Origin: Tistrella bauzanensis
GTDB lineage: Bacteria > Pseudomonadota > Alphaproteobacteria > Tistrellales > Tistrellaceae
Length of the DNA stretch: 24,000 nt
NCBI RefSeq assembly: GCF_014636235.1
Contig: NZ_BMDZ01000050.1
Coordinates: 18,797 to 42,796 of the forward strand
Direction: 5' to 3'
The position numbers and the translations under genes were made by a program. Below, in pieces: positions 23,134 through 24,000 of this stretch (positions within the stretch are counted from its first letter, which is position 1; the number at the start of each line of letters is the position of its first letter). The notes under the pieces are model-generated. The model was not told where the DNA came from and made no database searches. It saw only the letters and a program-made list of their open reading frames with translations.

Positions 23134-24000
23134 CTACAGCGGATGAACCGCCACCCCGTCGGGATCGGCGGTGACGATCAGATCCTGGGCGGCGACCAGC
23201 GCCAGTTCGGCGCCGCCCATGTTGCGGCTGGCCTCGACCACGGCATAAGTGGCGGCGACCGCGCGGCGGATGGCGCGGGCGAGGTCGCGGTGGGCCAGAA
23301 GATCGGCCAGCAGCACGGCCGAGAACATGTCGCCGGTGCCCGAGAAATGCGCCGGCACCAGCGGGGTTTCGATGCGGAAGCGGCCGGCCTGCCCCACCGC
23401 GATCACCTCGACCGAGCCGGGCGCGGTTTCAGCCACCCGGACAGATGTCGCCACCGCCATCTCGGGGCCCATCGAGGCCAGCCGGTCCAGCGCCGCGATC
23501 ACCTCGGCGCGGGTGGTGGTGCGGGCACCGGTCAGGTGGTCGAGTTCATAATGATTGGGCACCACCAGATCGGCGCGGGGCAGAAGCTCGTCGACCATCG
23601 CCTCGGCCACACCCGGCTGGACATAGCGGCCGGCGGGATAGTCGCCGATCACCGGATCGAACAGATAGAACGCCCCCGGCACCCGCCGACGTACCCGGTC
23701 GACCGCCTCGGCCGCCACCGGCACCTGGGCGGCGCTGCCGAAATAGCCGGTCAGCACCGCACGCACGAAGCCCAGCCCGCCGCCGGCCTCGTCGGGCAGC
23801 GCGTCCAGCCCCTCGATCAGCCCGCGCAGCTCCGCCTCGTCGGTGACGGTGCCACGCCAGCCGGCATAACGCGGATTGCTGCTGAAACGAACGGTATCCA
23901 GCGCACAGACATCCCGGCCCAGACGTTCGAGCGGCAGGGTTGCGGCACTGTTGCCGACGTAACCGAAGCTCACCCGCGACTGGATGCTGAGGACAGTCAT
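23134..24000 (-). CDS. pdxY: Pyridoxal/pyridoxine/pyridoxamine kinase
   Basis: MTVLSIQSRVSFGYVGNSAATLPLERLG...VLTGY...DPVIGD...GTGDMFSAVLLA has ribokinase-fold PdxY/PdxK signatures. The start codon is the last three bases of the window (23998-24000). Confidence 0.85.
   Translation of the reverse strand: MTVLSIQSRVSFGYVGNSAATLPLERLGRDVCALDTVRFSSNPRYAGWRGTVTDEAELRGLIEGLDALPDEAGGGLGFVRAVLTGYFGSAAQVPVAAEAVDRVRRRVPGAFYLFDPVIGDYPAGRYVQPGVAEAMVDELLPRADLVVPNHYELDHLTGARTTTRAEVIAALDRLASMGPEMAVATSVRVAETAPGSVEVIAVGQAGRFRIETPLVPAHFSGTGDMFSAVLLADLLAHRDLARAIRRAVAATYAVVEASRNMGGAELALVAAQDLIVTADPDGVAVHPL

Overview
The window is high-GC DNA (roughly two-thirds G+C by eye) with short AT-rich islands only at promoter or intergenic regions. 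Gene content and synteny look alphaproteobacterial, but I cannot assign a species from sequence alone.

The left two-thirds (1-15.8 kb) is core housekeeping sequence, almost all on the + strand:
- A partial DsrE-like gene.
- A convergent orphan response regulator.
- argD-argF-hslO, with overlapping stop/start codons.
- A Tat/lipobox lipoprotein and an IclR regulator.
- The ffh-rpsP-rimM-trmD-rplS ribosome/SRP cluster, ending in a clean intrinsic terminator.
- leuC-leuD-leuB, followed by an aspartate-semialdehyde-dehydrogenase-like gene.

The right third (15.8-24 kb) looks accessory or metabolic:
- A 2OG-Fe(II) oxygenase and a LysR regulator.
- A minus-strand three-gene cassette (YqcI/YcgG-family protein, small metal-binding cupin, APC permease), divergent from a translationally coupled Lrp/AsnC + XRE-HTH pair.
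- A second LysR gene divergent from an MDR-type oxidoreductase.
- pdxY.

No rRNA, tRNA, CRISPR array, transposase or integrase was recognised.

Observations worth follow-up:
- The uncharacterised YqcI-cupin-permease cassette and its dual regulators.
- An Asd-like paralog whose catalytic Cys and His appear substituted, sitting where asd normally follows leuB.
- An antitoxin-like HTH gene with no toxin, coupled to lrp.
- Four independent short tandem repeats or duplications within 8.3 kb of core genome, two of which duplicate a start codon or gene junction.
- A tentative rare-codon Leu mini-ORF in the AT-rich island upstream of leuC.

The many long ORFs antisense to these genes are treated as high-GC artefacts. 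All family assignments come from motif recognition by eye and memory, not database searches.
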